A DNA stretch of 64,000 bases from an uncultured delta proteobacterium (GTDB lineage: Bacteria; Desulfobacterota; Desulfuromonadia; Geobacterales; Pseudopelobacteraceae): NCBI GenBank assembly GCA_963772835.1, contig CAVYYZ010000002.1, forward strand, positions 352,001-416,000, read 5' to 3'. Below, in pieces: positions 21,996-34,359 of the stretch (its first letter is position 1; each line of letters begins with the position of its first letter). A program made the translations under genes and the position numbers. Below the pieces are notes generated by a model. It saw only the letters and a list, made by a program, of their open reading frames with translations, did no database searches and was not told the origin of the DNA.

Positions 21996-23066
21996 ATGAT
22001 GATGGACAAGATTGAAGAACTGGAGCGACGCTACCAGGAACTTGAAGCACTGCTCTCCGACCCGACTGTAATCTCCAACCAGCCTGAGTTCCGCAAACTT
22101 TCCCGCGAACATTCAGATCTGAGTGGGCTGGTGACCGCCTATCGTCGGTATCGGAAAGTGCTTGGAGATATTACCGACAACCGGGAACTGCTGTCCGACC
22201 CGGACATGAAAGAAATGGTTGAAGATGATCTGAAGGTTCTTGAAAATGAAAAAGACCAGCTTGATGCCGACATCCGGCTGCTGCTCCTCCCCAAGGATCC
22301 AAATGATGACAAGAGTGTCATCCTGGAGATTCGTGCCGGGACAGGCGGCGACGAGTCCGCTCTCTTTGCCGGTGACCTTTTCCGCATGTATTCCCGTTAC
22401 GCAGACACCAATCGCTGGAAGGTTGAGATCGTCTCCGCCTCCGAATCCGAGCGGGGTGGATATAAAGAGATCATCGCATCCGTCGAAGGTATAGGGGTCT
22501 TTGCCAAACTTAAATACGAATCCGGTACACATCGCGTTCAGCGGGTGCCTGAAACCGAGGCGCAGGGACGCATCCACACCAGCGCCTGTACAGTGGCAAT
22601 CATGCCGGAAGCAGAAGATGTTGACATAGACATTCGCGCGGATGATTTGAAGATAGATGTATATCGTTCTTCCGGCGCCGGCGGCCAGCATGTCAACACT
22701 ACCGACTCGGCCGTTCGCATAACCCATCTGCCGACCGGCACAGTTGTCGCCTGTCAGGAAGAACGAAGCCAGATAAAAAACCGCGCTACCGCCATGAAGG
22801 TTCTTAAAACGCGTATCCTTGACACCATTCAGCAGGCTCAGGACTCAAAACTGGCCGCAGACCGCAAACAACAGGTCGGATCAGGCGACCGGAGCGAACG
22901 AATCCGCACCTACAACTTTCCTCAGGGTAGAATGACGGATCACCGAATCGGGCTTACGTTGTACCGCCTCGATTCAATCATGACCGGCGATATCGCTGAA
23001 ATCACTGATGCTCTCAGAGCGTATTACCAGATGGAAGCATTGAAGGCGCAGGGCGAGGGGAACTGA
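21996..23066 (+). CDS. prfA: Peptide chain release factor 1
   Basis: RVPETE (PxT), [19 protein letters not shown]. Confidence 0.98.
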   Translation: MMMDKIEELERRYQELEALLSDPTVISNQPEFRKLSREHSDLSGLVTAYRRYRKVLGDITDNRELLSDPDMKEMVEDDLKVLENEKDQLDADIRLLLLPKDPNDDKSVILEIRAGTGGDESALFAGDLFRMYSRYADTNRWKVEIVSASESERGGYKEIIASVEGIGVFAKLKYESGTHRVQRVPETEAQGRIHTSACTVAIMPEAEDVDIDIRADDLKIDVYRSSGAGGQHVNTTDSAVRITHLPTGTVVACQEERSQIKNRATAMKVLKTRILDTIQQAQDSKLAADRKQQVGSGDRSERIRTYNFPQGRMTDHRIGLTLYRLDSIMTGDIAEITDALRAYYQMEALKAQGEGN

Positions 23067-23118
23067 TTATCGAGGGCACTCTTACTTTTTTGGATCAAAA
23101 GTATGCTAACGTAACGCC

Positions 23119-23646
23119 ATGTCACACGTACTTGAAAACTACCGGCAACTCACCGCACGAATAGATGCACTCTGCCAGGCAATAGCTTCAGCACTCGGAG
23201 AGCAGATAACCTGCTCGGCAGGCTGCAGTGCCTGCTGTACCGCAATAACTTTGTTCCCTGTAGAAGCTGAAGCATTGAGGAACGCGCTGGAAGAGTTGCC
23301 TGATCATCAGGCTGAAGAGATTCGACGGCATATTTCCGACCATGCCGATGATGAACGCTGCCCACTCCTGCTCCATCACCACTGCCTGCTGTATGAAGCC
23401 CGCCCGATTATCTGCCGGACTCATGGACTACCAATCATCTATACGACAGACGGTGAGCACAAAAGTGACTGTTGCCCGCTTAACCTGACCGAGACCGAAT
23501 CTATCTCCGGCTCAAGCGCAGTGGATCTGGACAGGCTCAATACGCTGCTTGTAGCGGTCAATTCCATCTATCTGACACAGACCGAAACTTCAGGTGCAGA
23601 GCTGCGTGTGACGATCGCCGCAGCACTTACCGGAAAACAGAGGTAA
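23119..23646 (+). CDS. YkgJ-family Cys-cluster (CxxxCxxCC) protein
   Basis: CSAGCSACC, CPLL...CLLYEARPIICR. Confidence 0.88.
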   Translation: MSHVLENYRQLTARIDALCQAIASALGEQITCSAGCSACCTAITLFPVEAEALRNALEELPDHQAEEIRRHISDHADDERCPLLLHHHCLLYEARPIICRTHGLPIIYTTDGEHKSDCCPLNLTETESISGSSAVDLDRLNTLLVAVNSIYLTQTETSGAELRVTIAAALTGKQR

Positions 23647-23658
23647 AACCGGGGCAAG

Positions 23659-24916
23659 CTATTTCAGACTTGTTATGTAGCTGCGGACTCCGTCCAGAAT
23701 GCCTGAAGCGACTGTCTCCTGGTATGCGGGGTCTTTTAGCCTGGACTCTTCAGTGGCGTTAGAAAGGAAGGCTGTTTCAACAAGTATACTGGGCATGGAT
23801 GCTCCAACCAGAACATAGAAAGGCCCCTGCTTGACCCCCAGATTTCTTACATCGCTGTAGCCGCTGCGGATTTTTTTATGGAGGGATTTTTGAACTTCAT
23901 CAGCCAGATGGGCCGAATCGTTCAATTTATAATTTGCCATCAGATCAAACAGAATCGCCTGTAGTACACTGACCTTTTCAAGTGACGTACCGTTCTCTTT
24001 GGCGGCCAATTGCGCTACTTTTTCAGTCTTGGCCAGGTTAAGATAATACGTTTCAATTCCTGAGGCCAAACGGTTGGGCGCAGCGTTTGCGTGAACCGAC
24101 AGAAACAGGTCTGCACCGACCTTGTTGGCAATGGCGGTACGCTCCTCCAGCGGGATAAAAACATCTGTCGAACGTGTCATCACAACATCGACACCAAGCT
24201 CTTCCCTGAACAGTTCCTGTAATCTGAGACCGATCGCCAGTACAACGTCTTTTTCCTGCACACCGGTCGGACCGACCGCGCCAGGATCGTGCCCACCGTG
24301 ACCGGGATCAACCACAATCCGCCGGATCTTTGATATGACCGGTTTTTTAGGTGCCCTGGACCTTTTCTCTGAAACTGAAGGTTGTGCTTCAAGCTTCGGC
24401 ACCACCATCCGCTGGGGCATGGCAGACACTGATGGTTCCAGACGCGATATCTCTGCCGGACGTTCACCGCGAACATCGATCACCAGTCGCGCCGGATCAG
24501 ACAGAGGGAAAATGTTGTAGTCTTTTATGTTTTCAGTATCCAGTACCACTCTCACCACATCAGACTTGTACTGTCCCACCCTGGCACCTTTCAGCAGGCC
24601 GTCTCCGATGGTGATGTCCTTGACACTTTTTCCGAGTCGGGTTCGCTTAAGATCGATATAGACTCGTCCCGGCTTGCCGGGGGAACCTTTACCGAGTTCG
24701 TGTGTCTCCCAGGTAACGTCCCGATCAAGTTCCAGGGAAATCCGTGTGTAGTCGGGGTTTGACCAGTGTTTCATCTCATTCAGAACCGCAGAAGGGCGGT
24801 TGGTGACCGACGTTTGTTCGCTGAACGCAACTTTTTTATTCTTGGCTGCAAGAGCCGGAAGCGGATGCAGAAAAAGGAAATAAGGGACAGATTAGTATGT
24901 ATAGGTATCGTTTCAT
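23659..24916 (-). CDS. amiC: N-acetylmuramoyl-L-alanine amidase (AMIN + Amidase_3); signal-peptide region frameshifted near 24870-24886
   Basis: DPGHGGHDPGA, EKDVVL, SVHANA, LVETAFLSN; ATG at 24916 is one base out of frame with the body. Confidence 0.88.
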
Positions 24917-25010
24917 AGTGGTCGCTTTGTATGGTGCTGCGTCTTCAGAAAACGTGATGTCTCTTGTAGCAGAAATCTCTGGGTATAACAACCGATTGGG
25001 AGCAATGAAG

Positions 25011-25334
25011 CTACCGCCCCTTGGGAGAATGGCCGCCACGGCTGCCCTGCCCACTCTTACCGATAGTAGCGCCCGCTTTCTTGAAGTTTTTGGGCGGAGC
25101 CCCTTTTACGACTATCAGATGGTCACCAAGCCTCGCTCCGTTCAGTAAGTCAATCGCTTCTCTGGCTTCTTCTTCGGTCGACATCCTGACGTAACCGCAT
25201 CCCCGTAACTCTCCGGATCCGGGATCGATGACAAGATGGACAGACGTAACCGTACCCACCACGGAGAACAGCCTCCGCACTTCGTCTTCCGTAACTGTAC
25301 CGGAGATGTGTCCCACATAGATTTCAACACCCAT
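25011..25334 (-). CDS. RRM RNA-binding protein
   Basis: IYVGHI, RGCGYVRM, EAIDLLNG; AAGGA RBS. Confidence 0.88.
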   Translation of the reverse strand: MGVEIYVGHISGTVTEDEVRRLFSVVGTVTSVHLVIDPGSGELRGCGYVRMSTEEEAREAIDLLNGARLGDHLIVVKGAPPKNFKKAGATIGKSGQGSRGGHSPKGR

Positions 25335-25386
25335 TATGGCTTCCTTTTCACGCAGTCACTCTAATTCTCGGGGCCGGATCACCCCC

Positions 25387-27999
25387 TCACACCATCCGCT
25401 TCAAATCATCCAGCAGGTTAAGCGCCTCAAGCGGAGTCAGAGTGGCAATATTGAGCTTCTTCAGACGGTGACGCAGCTGATCCTCACTGGTTTCAAACAG
25501 CGAGAACTGCGGGGACGGTTCACGGGCCGGTTTCTTGCTGCTCCTGGCCAACCGCGGGGCCCCTTCCTCAAATTCTCCGCTCTCCAGGTTGTGTAGGATC
25601 TCCTTGGCCCGTTCAACAACGTCGAACGGCATGCCGGCAAGGCGTGCTACCTGAATACCGTAGGAATGAGACGCACCGCCGGGTATTATGGTACGCAGGA
25701 AGATCACCTGGTCGTTCCATTCCCGCACCGCAACTGTGAAGTTTTTGATCCGCTCCCGGGTTGTCGCCAACTCAGTAAGTTCGTGGTAATGGGTGGCAAA
25801 GAGCGTACGACTGCGGCACGTAGGCGTGTCGTGAATATACTCCGCAACCGCCCAGGCGATGGAGACACCGTCAAATGTCGAAGTACCCCGCCCGATTTCG
25901 TCCATGACAATCAAGCTCCGGGGGGTAGCATTGCGGAGGATTCCGGCCGCCTCCATCATCTCCAGCATGAAGGTGGACTGCCCCCGGGCCAGGTTGTCGC
26001 CCGCACCGACGCGGGTGAAAATACGGTCGGCGATGCCGATGCGGGCCTTAGCGGCAGGGACAAAGCTGCCGGCCTGGGCCATAAGGGTTATCAGCGCTAC
26101 CTGACGCATATAGGTCGATTTACCCGCCATATTGGGACCGGTAATCATCAGAAGCTGGTTGGATTCGCCATCCAGCAGTGTGTCGTTCGGAACAAACCGT
26201 TCCCCCAGATTCATGGCTTCTATCACCGGGTGGCGACCATCACTGATTTCAATTATATCCGAATCATCCACAAACGGTTTACAGTAATTGCGTTCTCCGG
26301 CCACGGTCGCTAAAGAGAGCAGCACATCAAGAATCGCCACTCCGTCTGCGGTCCGGGAAATCCGTTCGGCCTGGCCGGCGACCAGCTCTCGAATCTCCTG
26401 AAACAGAGTGAATTCGAGGATGCAGATGCGCTCTTCGGCGCCCAGTACCTTCTCTTCGTAGTTTTTTAATTCCTCGGTGATATAGCGCTCGGCGTTGGCG
26501 AGAGTCTGGCGGCGTATGTAATCAGCAGGTACGGCCGCCAGATTACTTTTGGTAACTTCAATCGAATAGCCAAACACCCGGTTGTAGCGGATTTTGAGCG
26601 TCGAGATTCCGGTGCGGGCCCGCTCCTGAGCCTCCAGGCGGGCGATGAACCCTTTTCCTTCGCTGCTGATTGCACGCAGTTCGTCCAGATCCGCATTGTA
26701 ACCGGCCGCGATTATCCCGCCTTCCCGAAGAGAAAATGGCGGCACTTCGATAATCCCGCGCGACACCAACAGACAGATATCATCAAGGGGGTCAATGGCG
26801 AATCTCAGCGACCGGAGCAGAGGACTCTGCACATCTGCCAACAAATCCAGCAGAGGGGGGAAATGGATCAGCGAATCATGCAGCGCCCTCAAGTCACGCC
26901 CGCCGGCGCTGGCCATCCCGATACGACCGTTTAACCGCTCCAGATCGGCGACGTTTTTCAAGCGCGCGGCCAGCTCTTCCCGCAGATCTGGCGACTCCAG
27001 CAGTTCTTCGACAGCATTCAGCCGCTGCCTGATGGGCTCTGGCTCGACCAGAGGATAACTGAGCCACTGTTTCAGACGTCGGGCGCCCATAGCCGTTCCG
27101 GTGCGATCAAGACACCCCAGCAGTGAACCGGAGCGCTTACCCTCCGCCATACTGGAAGTAATTTCCAGATTGCGGCGGGTTGCAGGGTCGAGGGACAGAT
27201 GCTGACTGCGCCGGGAGACAATGATGTCACGGATATGCGGCAGTGCCGCCTTGCGGTTTTCACGCAGATAATAGAGAGCGGCTGCGGCGGCAAGCAGTGC
27301 GGTTGGTGTCCCCTCCAGCCCGAGCGCCTCTACTGAAGCTGCCCCGAAATGACCGCAGATCAATGACGTGGCATAATCACGATCATATATCCAGGACGGA
27401 GCACGGGAGATGATCCGTTCGCTCAAAAACGAGCGCAGATCAGGTGTGAGAGACGCATGATCAAGGGAGTCGGAGAGCAGAATCTCGCGGGGGTTAACCC
27501 CGGCCGCTTCAGCCAGCGCGGCTGCAGCTCCGGCCTGCTCGGTTGCACGGAATTCTCCCGTGGAAACGTCAAGCCAGGCGCATCCCCAGCTGCCGTCTGA
27601 CGCTTCGCAGAGAGCGAGCAGATAATTATTTTCGTCCGGGACCAGACTTTCGGATTCAATCAAAAGCCCGGGTGTAACGACCCTGACGACTTCGCGCCGA
27701 ACAATTCCCTTGGCCTGTTTCGGATCTTCCACCTGTTCACAGATTGCCACCTTGTGGCCGGCTTCAATCAATCTGGCAACATAAGGTGCGGCTGAATGGA
27801 ATGGGATCCCGCAGAAGGGAATCTCGTCGCCACTCCCCTTGTTGCGTGAAGTCAGGGCGATATCCAGCAGACGGGATGCCAGCAGGGCATCGTCCAGAAA
27901 CATCTCGTAAAAGTCCCCCATGCGGAAGAAAAGGATCGCATCAGGATAGCCCGACTTGATCTCCAGATATTGCCGCATCATGGGGGTTTGTTCTGCCAT
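25387..27999 (-). CDS. mutS: DNA mismatch repair protein MutS
   Basis: [34 protein letters not shown]. Confidence 0.99.
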   Translation of the reverse strand: MAEQTPMMRQYLEIKSGYPDAILFFRMGDFYEMFLDDALLASRLLDIALTSRNKGSGDEIPFCGIPFHSAAPYVARLIEAGHKVAICEQVEDPKQAKGIVRREVVRVVTPGLLIESESLVPDENNYLLALCEASDGSWGCAWLDVSTGEFRATEQAGAAAALAEAAGVNPREILLSDSLDHASLTPDLRSFLSERIISRAPSWIYDRDYATSLICGHFGAASVEALGLEGTPTALLAAAAALYYLRENRKAALPHIRDIIVSRRSQHLSLDPATRRNLEITSSMAEGKRSGSLLGCLDRTGTAMGARRLKQWLSYPLVEPEPIRQRLNAVEELLESPDLREELAARLKNVADLERLNGRIGMASAGGRDLRALHDSLIHFPPLLDLLADVQSPLLRSLRFAIDPLDDICLLVSRGIIEVPPFSLREGGIIAAGYNADLDELRAISSEGKGFIARLEAQERARTGISTLKIRYNRVFGYSIEVTKSNLAAVPADYIRRQTLANAERYITEELKNYEEKVLGAEERICILEFTLFQEIRELVAGQAERISRTADGVAILDVLLSLATVAGERNYCKPFVDDSDIIEISDGRHPVIEAMNLGERFVPNDTLLDGESNQLLMITGPNMAGKSTYMRQVALITLMAQAGSFVPAAKARIGIADRIFTRVGAGDNLARGQSTFMLEMMEAAGILRNATPRSLIVMDEIGRGTSTFDGVSIAWAVAEYIHDTPTCRSRTLFATHYHELTELATTRERIKNFTVAVREWNDQVIFLRTIIPGGASHSYGIQVARLAGMPFDVVERAKEILHNLESGEFEEGAPRLARSSKKPAREPSPQFSLFETSEDQLRHRLKKLNIATLTPLEALNLLDDLKRMV

Positions 28000-28167
28000 G
28001 GAAGGTAAGCCTTTCGTCTGCTTGAATGAGTGTCTGGTTGTAGCACACAGGGCACGCCTTTTCAAGGCGGGCGATATGCGATTATTTATTCTGCCGCTTG
28101 CACTTGGTTACATTCGTGCTAGAATAGTGCGGCAAGGCGATTGAAGAAGGAGCGTTCCCCCCAGAAG

Positions 28168-30588
28168 ATGGTTTCCCTCTCACTACGTAAAAAATTAATA
28201 CTCGGTACTGCTCTCCTGATCATGCTGATCGGAAGCGCGCTCGCCCTCCTGGTCAAACACGAGCTTCACTCCCGTTTTCAAGACGAAGTGATAAAGCGCG
28301 GTATATCTGTTGCCCGCTATATCGCAGAAGCTTCTGAAATACCGCTTATCACCGAGAATAAGTTCAGCCTTGAACTGCTCGTCAACGACTACCGGAAACT
28401 GGATAAGGATATCGAATACATCTTTATCCAGGCTCCGGACAACACCATTTCAGCCCATACTTTTGGCTCGACCATACCCGAACAGTTGATCGATGAATCT
28501 CTTAAGGCGCCCCGGGACAAAAACCATACAGCCAATCTCGCTGAGGATGGGAACCTGATTTATGATATTTCTATCCCTATCCAGGGGGGTGCACTCGGGT
28601 CCGTTCACATTGGTCTGTATCAATCGCTGACCGACAGGAATGTTGCAGGTGTCTTGATGCGAATGCTGCCGTTTCTTCTCGTGATTATGATTATCGGCAT
28701 AATCGCAGCTATCATTTTTGCTTCTGCAATTACCCGCCCGATCGCGCTTTTGACCGCCGGTATTGAGCGTTTGAGCATGGATGGCGAGCTCAACGCGCCT
28801 ATTCCAATTACTTCACACGATGAAATCGGACATCTGGCAACTGTTTTCAACAGCATGACAGACAAATTACGCACGACAACCGTTTCACGTGAATACATGG
28901 AAAATCTGATCAACAGTATGAACGACGTGCTGATTGTCATATCTCCGGAGGGCGTGATTCAAAGCGTAAATCTCGCCTATTGTGAGCTTTTCGGATACCG
29001 GAGCGATGAAGTTGTGGGGCTGCGCCTGACGGAATCCGAGGAGCACGAGGCACCTTTATGCATGTATGCACCGTTCTTGCACGCCCTGGAGTATGGCCCT
29101 ATTTATGGTGTTGAAACAAAGTGCTGCACGGCAAGCGGAGAAATTGTTTCGATGCTCTATTCACTTGCGATCATGAAAAACGACCATGGTCAACCACAAG
29201 CTGTAATCTGCGCAGCCCAGAACATCAGCAACCTGAAAAAAATCCAGGAGGCTCTACAACAGAAGCAGGGAGAGCTGGAGGAGATGAATCGAAACCTGGA
29301 AGGAATTGTTGCCTCGCGTACAGCAGAACTGGCAATAGGCAATGAGGGGTTGCGGGCTGAAGTTGCCGAACGCCAGAAAAAGACTGAAGAATTACGGGCC
29401 GCCAGAGATATCGCCGAATCAGCAAATCGTGCCAAATCCGAGTTTCTGGCTAACATGAGTCATGAAATGCGGACCCCTCTCAATTCGATCATCGGAGGAA
29501 CCGAATATCTTGATGCGGCCGGTTTAAGCGATGACCAGCATCGATGTCTCGCGATGATACACCATGCCGGAGACAGCCTGCTTGTATTGATCAATGATCT
29601 GATCGACCTTTCCCGAATCGAAGCAGGTCAGCTTGAAATTTCCGGCCGCCCCTTCAATCTGCTCCACTCTCTGGAGCGGTCTGTCGAGATGGTTGGACAG
29701 GAAGCAGAACGCAAAAAACTGGTACTTACACTGAGCAGTGATCCCGCAATGCCGCAGGTTGTAATGGGCGATCAGACCAGGCTGCAGCAGGTTCTGGTGA
29801 ATCTGATCGTTAACGCAGTGAAATTCACAGAAGGTGGCGGTTCGGTCTCGGTTACAACGTCAGTTGCTCCGCCTGAAAATGATCAGGTACCGGTTACGTT
29901 TGTCATCAGAGATTCCGGTATCGGAATAGACCCTGATAAACTTAAAATGATTTTTGACAGCTTTTCCCAGGCAGACACTTCCATCACACGCCGTTTTGGT
30001 GGAAGCGGGCTCGGTCTTGCCATCAGCCGCAAGCTGGTGGAAGCTATGGGCGGTTCCATGAAGGTAGAAAGTATACCGGGTGTGGGAAGCTCCTTCAGTT
30101 TCACCGTACCTTTTTCAAGTACCCTGCCGGAACCGGAACCGGCCATAGAAACAGCAGTGGCGGTAACAGAACATATCGAGGCAGCTGTACCGCTTGACCA
30201 GCAGAAAATCTCCAAACGGGTACTGCTGGTGGATGATTCACTTGAAAACCGGGAGTTGATGAAGCTTCTGCTTCACCCTCTCGCCATGGAACTGCATGAA
30301 GCGGGCAACGGCCAGGAAGCTCTTGATTTATTTTTTGCGCACCGTTACGACTTGATCCTTATGGACATTCAAATGCCGATCATGGACGGCTATATGGCCA
30401 CCCGGATGATACGGAGTCATGAAGAGCGCTCCGGCCAACGGAGAACTGTTATCATCGCTCTCACTGCCCACGCCTATGAGTCAGATATTCAAAAATGTCT
30501 GGATACCGGTTGTGATGACCATATAGCAAAGCCGTTCAAAAAGCGGACATTACTGAACTGTCTGTCACACCATCTACAGGGGTTGTAA
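28168..30588 (+). CDS. Hybrid sensor histidine kinase (TM-HAMP-PAS-HisKA-HATPase-REC)
   Basis: FLANMSHEMRTPL, NAVKFT, GSGLGL, LMDIQMP. Confidence 0.95.
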   Translation: MVSLSLRKKLILGTALLIMLIGSALALLVKHELHSRFQDEVIKRGISVARYIAEASEIPLITENKFSLELLVNDYRKLDKDIEYIFIQAPDNTISAHTFGSTIPEQLIDESLKAPRDKNHTANLAEDGNLIYDISIPIQGGALGSVHIGLYQSLTDRNVAGVLMRMLPFLLVIMIIGIIAAIIFASAITRPIALLTAGIERLSMDGELNAPIPITSHDEIGHLATVFNSMTDKLRTTTVSREYMENLINSMNDVLIVISPEGVIQSVNLAYCELFGYRSDEVVGLRLTESEEHEAPLCMYAPFLHALEYGPIYGVETKCCTASGEIVSMLYSLAIMKNDHGQPQAVICAAQNISNLKKIQEALQQKQGELEEMNRNLEGIVASRTAELAIGNEGLRAEVAERQKKTEELRAARDIAESANRAKSEFLANMSHEMRTPLNSIIGGTEYLDAAGLSDDQHRCLAMIHHAGDSLLVLINDLIDLSRIEAGQLEISGRPFNLLHSLERSVEMVGQEAERKKLVLTLSSDPAMPQVVMGDQTRLQQVLVNLIVNAVKFTEGGGSVSVTTSVAPPENDQVPVTFVIRDSGIGIDPDKLKMIFDSFSQADTSITRRFGGSGLGLAISRKLVEAMGGSMKVESIPGVGSSFSFTVPFSSTLPEPEPAIETAVAVTEHIEAAVPLDQQKISKRVLLVDDSLENRELMKLLLHPLAMELHEAGNGQEALDLFFAHRYDLILMDIQMPIMDGYMATRMIRSHEERSGQRRTVIIALTAHAYESDIQKCLDTGCDDHIAKPFKKRTLLNCLSHHLQGL

Positions 30589-30589
30589 C

Positions 30590-30892
30590 ATGAACGATAT
30601 CATCACGGTTGAGATCGACAGCGAAGTACAGTCAATCGTTCCCGAGTTCCTTGAGAACCGGAAAAAAGACTGCCAGCTTATCAGCAATTTGCTGGAGATA
30701 AACTCGTTCATCGAAATCCGTACATTGGGGCATCGGATGAAAGGTGCCGGAGGCAGCTACGGCTTTGACGGTATATCCGAGATTGGCGAGATCATAGAGG
30801 AAGCCGCCCTGACCGAAGACAAGAAGACTATCAGCAATCAGGTTCTGCAGCTGTCACGCTATCTGGAGCGGGTGTCGGTGGTGTATGTGTAG
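30590..30892 (+). CDS. Hpt phosphotransfer protein
   Basis: GHRMKGAGGSYG motif; starts 1 nt after the kinase stop. Confidence 0.9.
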   Translation: MNDIITVEIDSEVQSIVPEFLENRKKDCQLISNLLEINSFIEIRTLGHRMKGAGGSYGFDGISEIGEIIEEAALTEDKKTISNQVLQLSRYLERVSVVYV

Positions 30893-30922
30893 AAAGGCCA
30901 CGGAGCCGAAAAGCGTGCTGTA

Positions 30923-33019
30923 CTATTTTAATCCGTACAGCTGTCGATACGTAGCAGCCGAAGCATATACCTTTTTCACATACTCCCGGGTTTCCTGATA
31001 CGGGATACTTTCAATAAACTCATCCTTCTTTAACCCCTTGAAACTCTTTTTCCATCGTTGCAGCGCCCCTGATCCTGCATTATAAGCTGCCGTCACATAG
31101 ACGGCGTCGCCATTATTATCTTTCATAAGGTCATTAAGATGCTTCGTACCCAGACGAATATTGTATTCGGGCACGGTCAAAAGCAGTGGATTAAATTCTC
31201 CTTTTTCATGAGCGGTCATCCTGGCTGTCGCAGGCATCATCTGCATTAACCCGATCGCTCCGGCGCTCGACTTGACGGCAGGGGAAAAACCGCTTTCTGC
31301 ACGCATCAGAGCGTAAATCAGTCCTTCTGACAATCCATTTAAAACGGCATTCCGGCTTACGAGTTCCGGGTACACCATCGGATAACCGGCCGTCCAGACC
31401 GGCAACGTTCTTTTTTCCCATACTACCGGACGGTTTTGCATAAACAGCGATATCGCCGAACCATAGTCCCGCATTTCGAGATAGATTCTGGCCAGTGCAG
31501 GGAACAATCCTTTACCCGCGTCGTTTTTTTTACGGGCCGCCGTCATTTCTGACCGCGCCTCATCAATCATCCCGAGTGATGCCAACAGGCGCGGTCTTTC
31601 AAACCCCGCCAGAACGGGGAGTTCAGCCAGAGCATCACGATTTCCAAGTGGCTCCCGGCTGTCTTTCACCCCCCTTTGGTCACGATACCAGGTGGCATAG
31701 AAACCGGCCGGGTATTCATTCAGCAGATTGTGATACTGCACAGCGGCCTCAGCAGCAGTATCCCCGTTCATCTCCAGCGTCCTCCCAAGCCAGTAGAGCA
31801 CTTTCTCGCGCTGGGTTTCATCGGCAAGCAGCCTTTTGAATGTATCCGCGGCGACAGTATATTCGCCTGCAAGATACCGGCACCAACCAGCATCCCAGAC
31901 CAATGCGGCAATAGTTCTGGGACCGGTAGAAAGCCTGGCGGCCTGATCAAACAAGCGACCCGCTTCAGCATACTGCCCGAGGCCCCGCTTTAATCTTGCC
32001 GCTTCAATCACGGCATCATCAGCAAATTCCTGATTCTTACCTTCACCGGCAAGCTCAAGGTATAATGCGAGAGCACGTTCTTTCAAATCCTGCCGATCAA
32101 GAGTCTTGGCCAGCCAGAAACGTGCTTCGGATCTGACCAACGGCAGCTGACTGGCGGTTGCTTTGACAAAATGTTTTTCTGCCTGTGTATACTGCCTCAG
32201 CCGATAGCGGGCCATACCGGCCCGGAGATCAATCCGGTTTGTAACCGGTTGGGACTGAGAGGCCTCTGGAATCATTTCCAGGGTCTGCAGGGACGTGCGG
32301 TACTCTTTCTGTGCATAGAGTGTGGATGCCCGTTTCAGAAGTTCCTCAGTCGTGTACGGAGTAGCCATGACACCTGCCTTTTCTAGCTGCCTGAGCCGTT
32401 CCTGTGAGCTGGCGGCCAAAGCCGACGCCGGATTATTAAGCCAGATACCCCGATAGATCAGCAGAGCCCCCCCGGCATCTTTCAGCTCTTCCCGGCATCG
32501 CGCTGACTGATAACTTGCGTCAACAGAATCGCCACCCGAAGGATATTTTTCTATAAATGAATGATATGACTTGAGTGATTCTTTGTAGTTACCGGCCTCA
32601 TACAAGATATCGGCATTCAGCTTTTCTGAACGACGTACGGCTTTTGAGAAAGGGAATGACGCCAGAATTGAAGCAGCTTTGGCAGACGCTGCCGGATACC
32701 GTTTCAATTTCAGAAGCGCCTCTGCCTGGAATAACGCAGCATAATCGGCAATAAGAGGCAGTTTCTGCTCCGCATCGGCAAGAAGCACTGCCGCTTCTTC
32801 GAAGTTGTTCATACGCAATGCTGCCATGCCGCGGACGAAAGTACGATGCGTCTGATCCGAAGATTTGCCGGCTGACGCATAGGCGGCTCCATAATCTTTT
32901 TCGCGGTACTGGGCGGCGGCACGATTCAAATTGTCATCGGCAGGTGACGAAAACGTGGGGGACACACACACACTGATTATGACTAAAGCCAGTAGAACCG
33001 GCTTGAAACAATGTGACAT
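30923..33019 (-). CDS. TPR-containing soluble lytic murein transglycosylase (Slt-like)
   Basis: Signal peptide, TPR repeats, RAESGF, GLMQMMP, AYNAG, ETREYV. Confidence 0.92.
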   Translation of the reverse strand: MSHCFKPVLLALVIISVCVSPTFSSPADDNLNRAAAQYREKDYGAAYASAGKSSDQTHRTFVRGMAALRMNNFEEAAVLLADAEQKLPLIADYAALFQAEALLKLKRYPAASAKAASILASFPFSKAVRRSEKLNADILYEAGNYKESLKSYHSFIEKYPSGGDSVDASYQSARCREELKDAGGALLIYRGIWLNNPASALAASSQERLRQLEKAGVMATPYTTEELLKRASTLYAQKEYRTSLQTLEMIPEASQSQPVTNRIDLRAGMARYRLRQYTQAEKHFVKATASQLPLVRSEARFWLAKTLDRQDLKERALALYLELAGEGKNQEFADDAVIEAARLKRGLGQYAEAGRLFDQAARLSTGPRTIAALVWDAGWCRYLAGEYTVAADTFKRLLADETQREKVLYWLGRTLEMNGDTAAEAAVQYHNLLNEYPAGFYATWYRDQRGVKDSREPLGNRDALAELPVLAGFERPRLLASLGMIDEARSEMTAARKKNDAGKGLFPALARIYLEMRDYGSAISLFMQNRPVVWEKRTLPVWTAGYPMVYPELVSRNAVLNGLSEGLIYALMRAESGFSPAVKSSAGAIGLMQMMPATARMTAHEKGEFNPLLLTVPEYNIRLGTKHLNDLMKDNNGDAVYVTAAYNAGSGALQRWKKSFKGLKKDEFIESIPYQETREYVKKVYASAATYRQLYGLK

Positions 33020-33106
33020 ACAATCTTCCTTTCATAAAAAAAGCCGTGAGCTTCTGCTCATGGCCGAAATAGATGAGTACTGGCGACCGGCAGCGTACTT
33101 ATAACA

Positions 33107-33643
33107 TCATGGTGTCAGCTTCCTGATGACCGCTTCAGCCAGATCCTGAGCCAGTTTTTTACCGAGACGCTCCTTCTCTACTGCTACATCGCCACGATCA
33201 TGATCGAAATAGTGCTCAACCGGAACAAAAACTTCGAACGTCGGGGAATTCTTGCCCGGTTCATACAGGTATATCCTCGATTTAACCTTCATGTCAGTTG
33301 AACAACAGCCGGATTTCTCCACATACCCCCAGATATCTCCCGAAATATAAACCTGCTTGTTCAGCCAGACCGGTTCGACTTCTTTCAACTCCTCTTTCAG
33401 GATTACAAACCGGCCCACCTTTGTCTGTTTTCTACGGGAATTCAGTATATCAACAAACTGGTTAAAAATCGGATCTCCAAAATCGGGAGGAACGAGAGTT
33501 GCGTCAAACGGCACAATATATACAGATTTTCGCTCCAGCTGTGGGTCGAGAACGGCATATTCTTTCGTCACAGAAACCTCGGCGCAGCCGGACAGCAGCA
33601 TACATGCTGCAAATAGGAGCAAAACAAGCCGACAGGACTTCAC
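33107..33643 (-). CDS. Hypothetical lipoprotein
   Basis: Lipobox LSGC; overlaps the upstream gene by 4 nt. Confidence 0.75.
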   Translation of the reverse strand: MKSCRLVLLLFAACMLLSGCAEVSVTKEYAVLDPQLERKSVYIVPFDATLVPPDFGDPIFNQFVDILNSRRKQTKVGRFVILKEELKEVEPVWLNKQVYISGDIWGYVEKSGCCSTDMKVKSRIYLYEPGKNSPTFEVFVPVEHYFDHDRGDVAVEKERLGKKLAQDLAEAVIRKLTP

Positions 33644-33900
33644 AGATTTCTCCGTGACATTTCGTCATGGTAGAACTTCTGATAGAGGACATCGTAATCC
33701 CGACTGCCGGGCGCCTTGTTGCGAAGTTTAGCCTTGACCGCTTCTTCAATTTCTTCCACAGAACCAAAAAAGGCTTCCAGAGTTTGTTTGACCCGCCTCA
33801 GCACCCGACTGTCATCAGAGACGTCTGCCAAATCGTCCCGCCAGATGCAGGTGATTATTTCATGGGCCATCGTTGAAATGCGGTCTTCTGATAACGACAT
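33640..33900 (-). CDS. DUF507 family protein
   Basis: MSLSEDRIS...PGSRDYDVLYQKFYHDEM. Confidence 0.8.
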   Translation of the reverse strand: MSLSEDRISTMAHEIITCIWRDDLADVSDDSRVLRRVKQTLEAFFGSVEEIEEAVKAKLRNKAPGSRDYDVLYQKFYHDEMSRRNL

Positions 33901-33910
33901 GTTCACCCCT

Positions 33911-34198
33911 TTAGAGGACTATCTTACGTTCCTTGGCCAGCTTGTCCTTGACCATCTTCAGCATTCTGCGGCGGTCTATCTGGGCGGCACCGCTTCCCAT
34001 GGCATCAAGAGTTTCATCCAGCAGCTTCTCCGCATCCCGTTCCAGCTTCTGCTCGGCTGCGAAGTTTTGCGAAATTGCGCGGACGATCCCCGCAACAACC
34101 GCTCCGCGTTCACCGCGCGGAGTTATCAGGTTCTCTGCCGCCAGGTCATTGTATACCTTTTCTGCCAATCCGCGTATTTGTTCTTCTTTTAGTCGCAT
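33911..34198 (-). CDS. DUF507 family protein
   Basis: MRLKEEQI...MVKDKLAKERKIVL. Confidence 0.8.
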   Translation of the reverse strand: MRLKEEQIRGLAEKVYNDLAAENLITPRGERGAVVAGIVRAISQNFAAEQKLERDAEKLLDETLDAMGSGAAQIDRRRMLKMVKDKLAKERKIVL

Positions 34199-34359
34199 GG
34201 AGCCTCAAATAAAAAAGGCCTGCTATCCGGCAGGCCTCATCGATGGGATGATGTTACTTTTTTCCGGCGGATATCCATGAGAAAAGTGGACTTATTGTAC
34301 TCAATATGCGTAGAATTGCAATCCATAAAGTTCACAGCATTTGCCCGGAGACCTTAATC

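Noticed and set aside
21996..23066. prfB with programmed frameshift
   Set aside because: PxT motif and an uninterrupted ORF identify RF1.
24836..25054. Independent 72-aa ORF
   Set aside because: Its 3' part is better explained as the frameshifted amiC signal peptide.
34199..34359. preQ1 riboswitch upstream of queC
   Set aside because: No preQ1 stem-loop with A-rich tail recognised; the hairpin at about 34210-34237 looks terminator-like on the minus strand.
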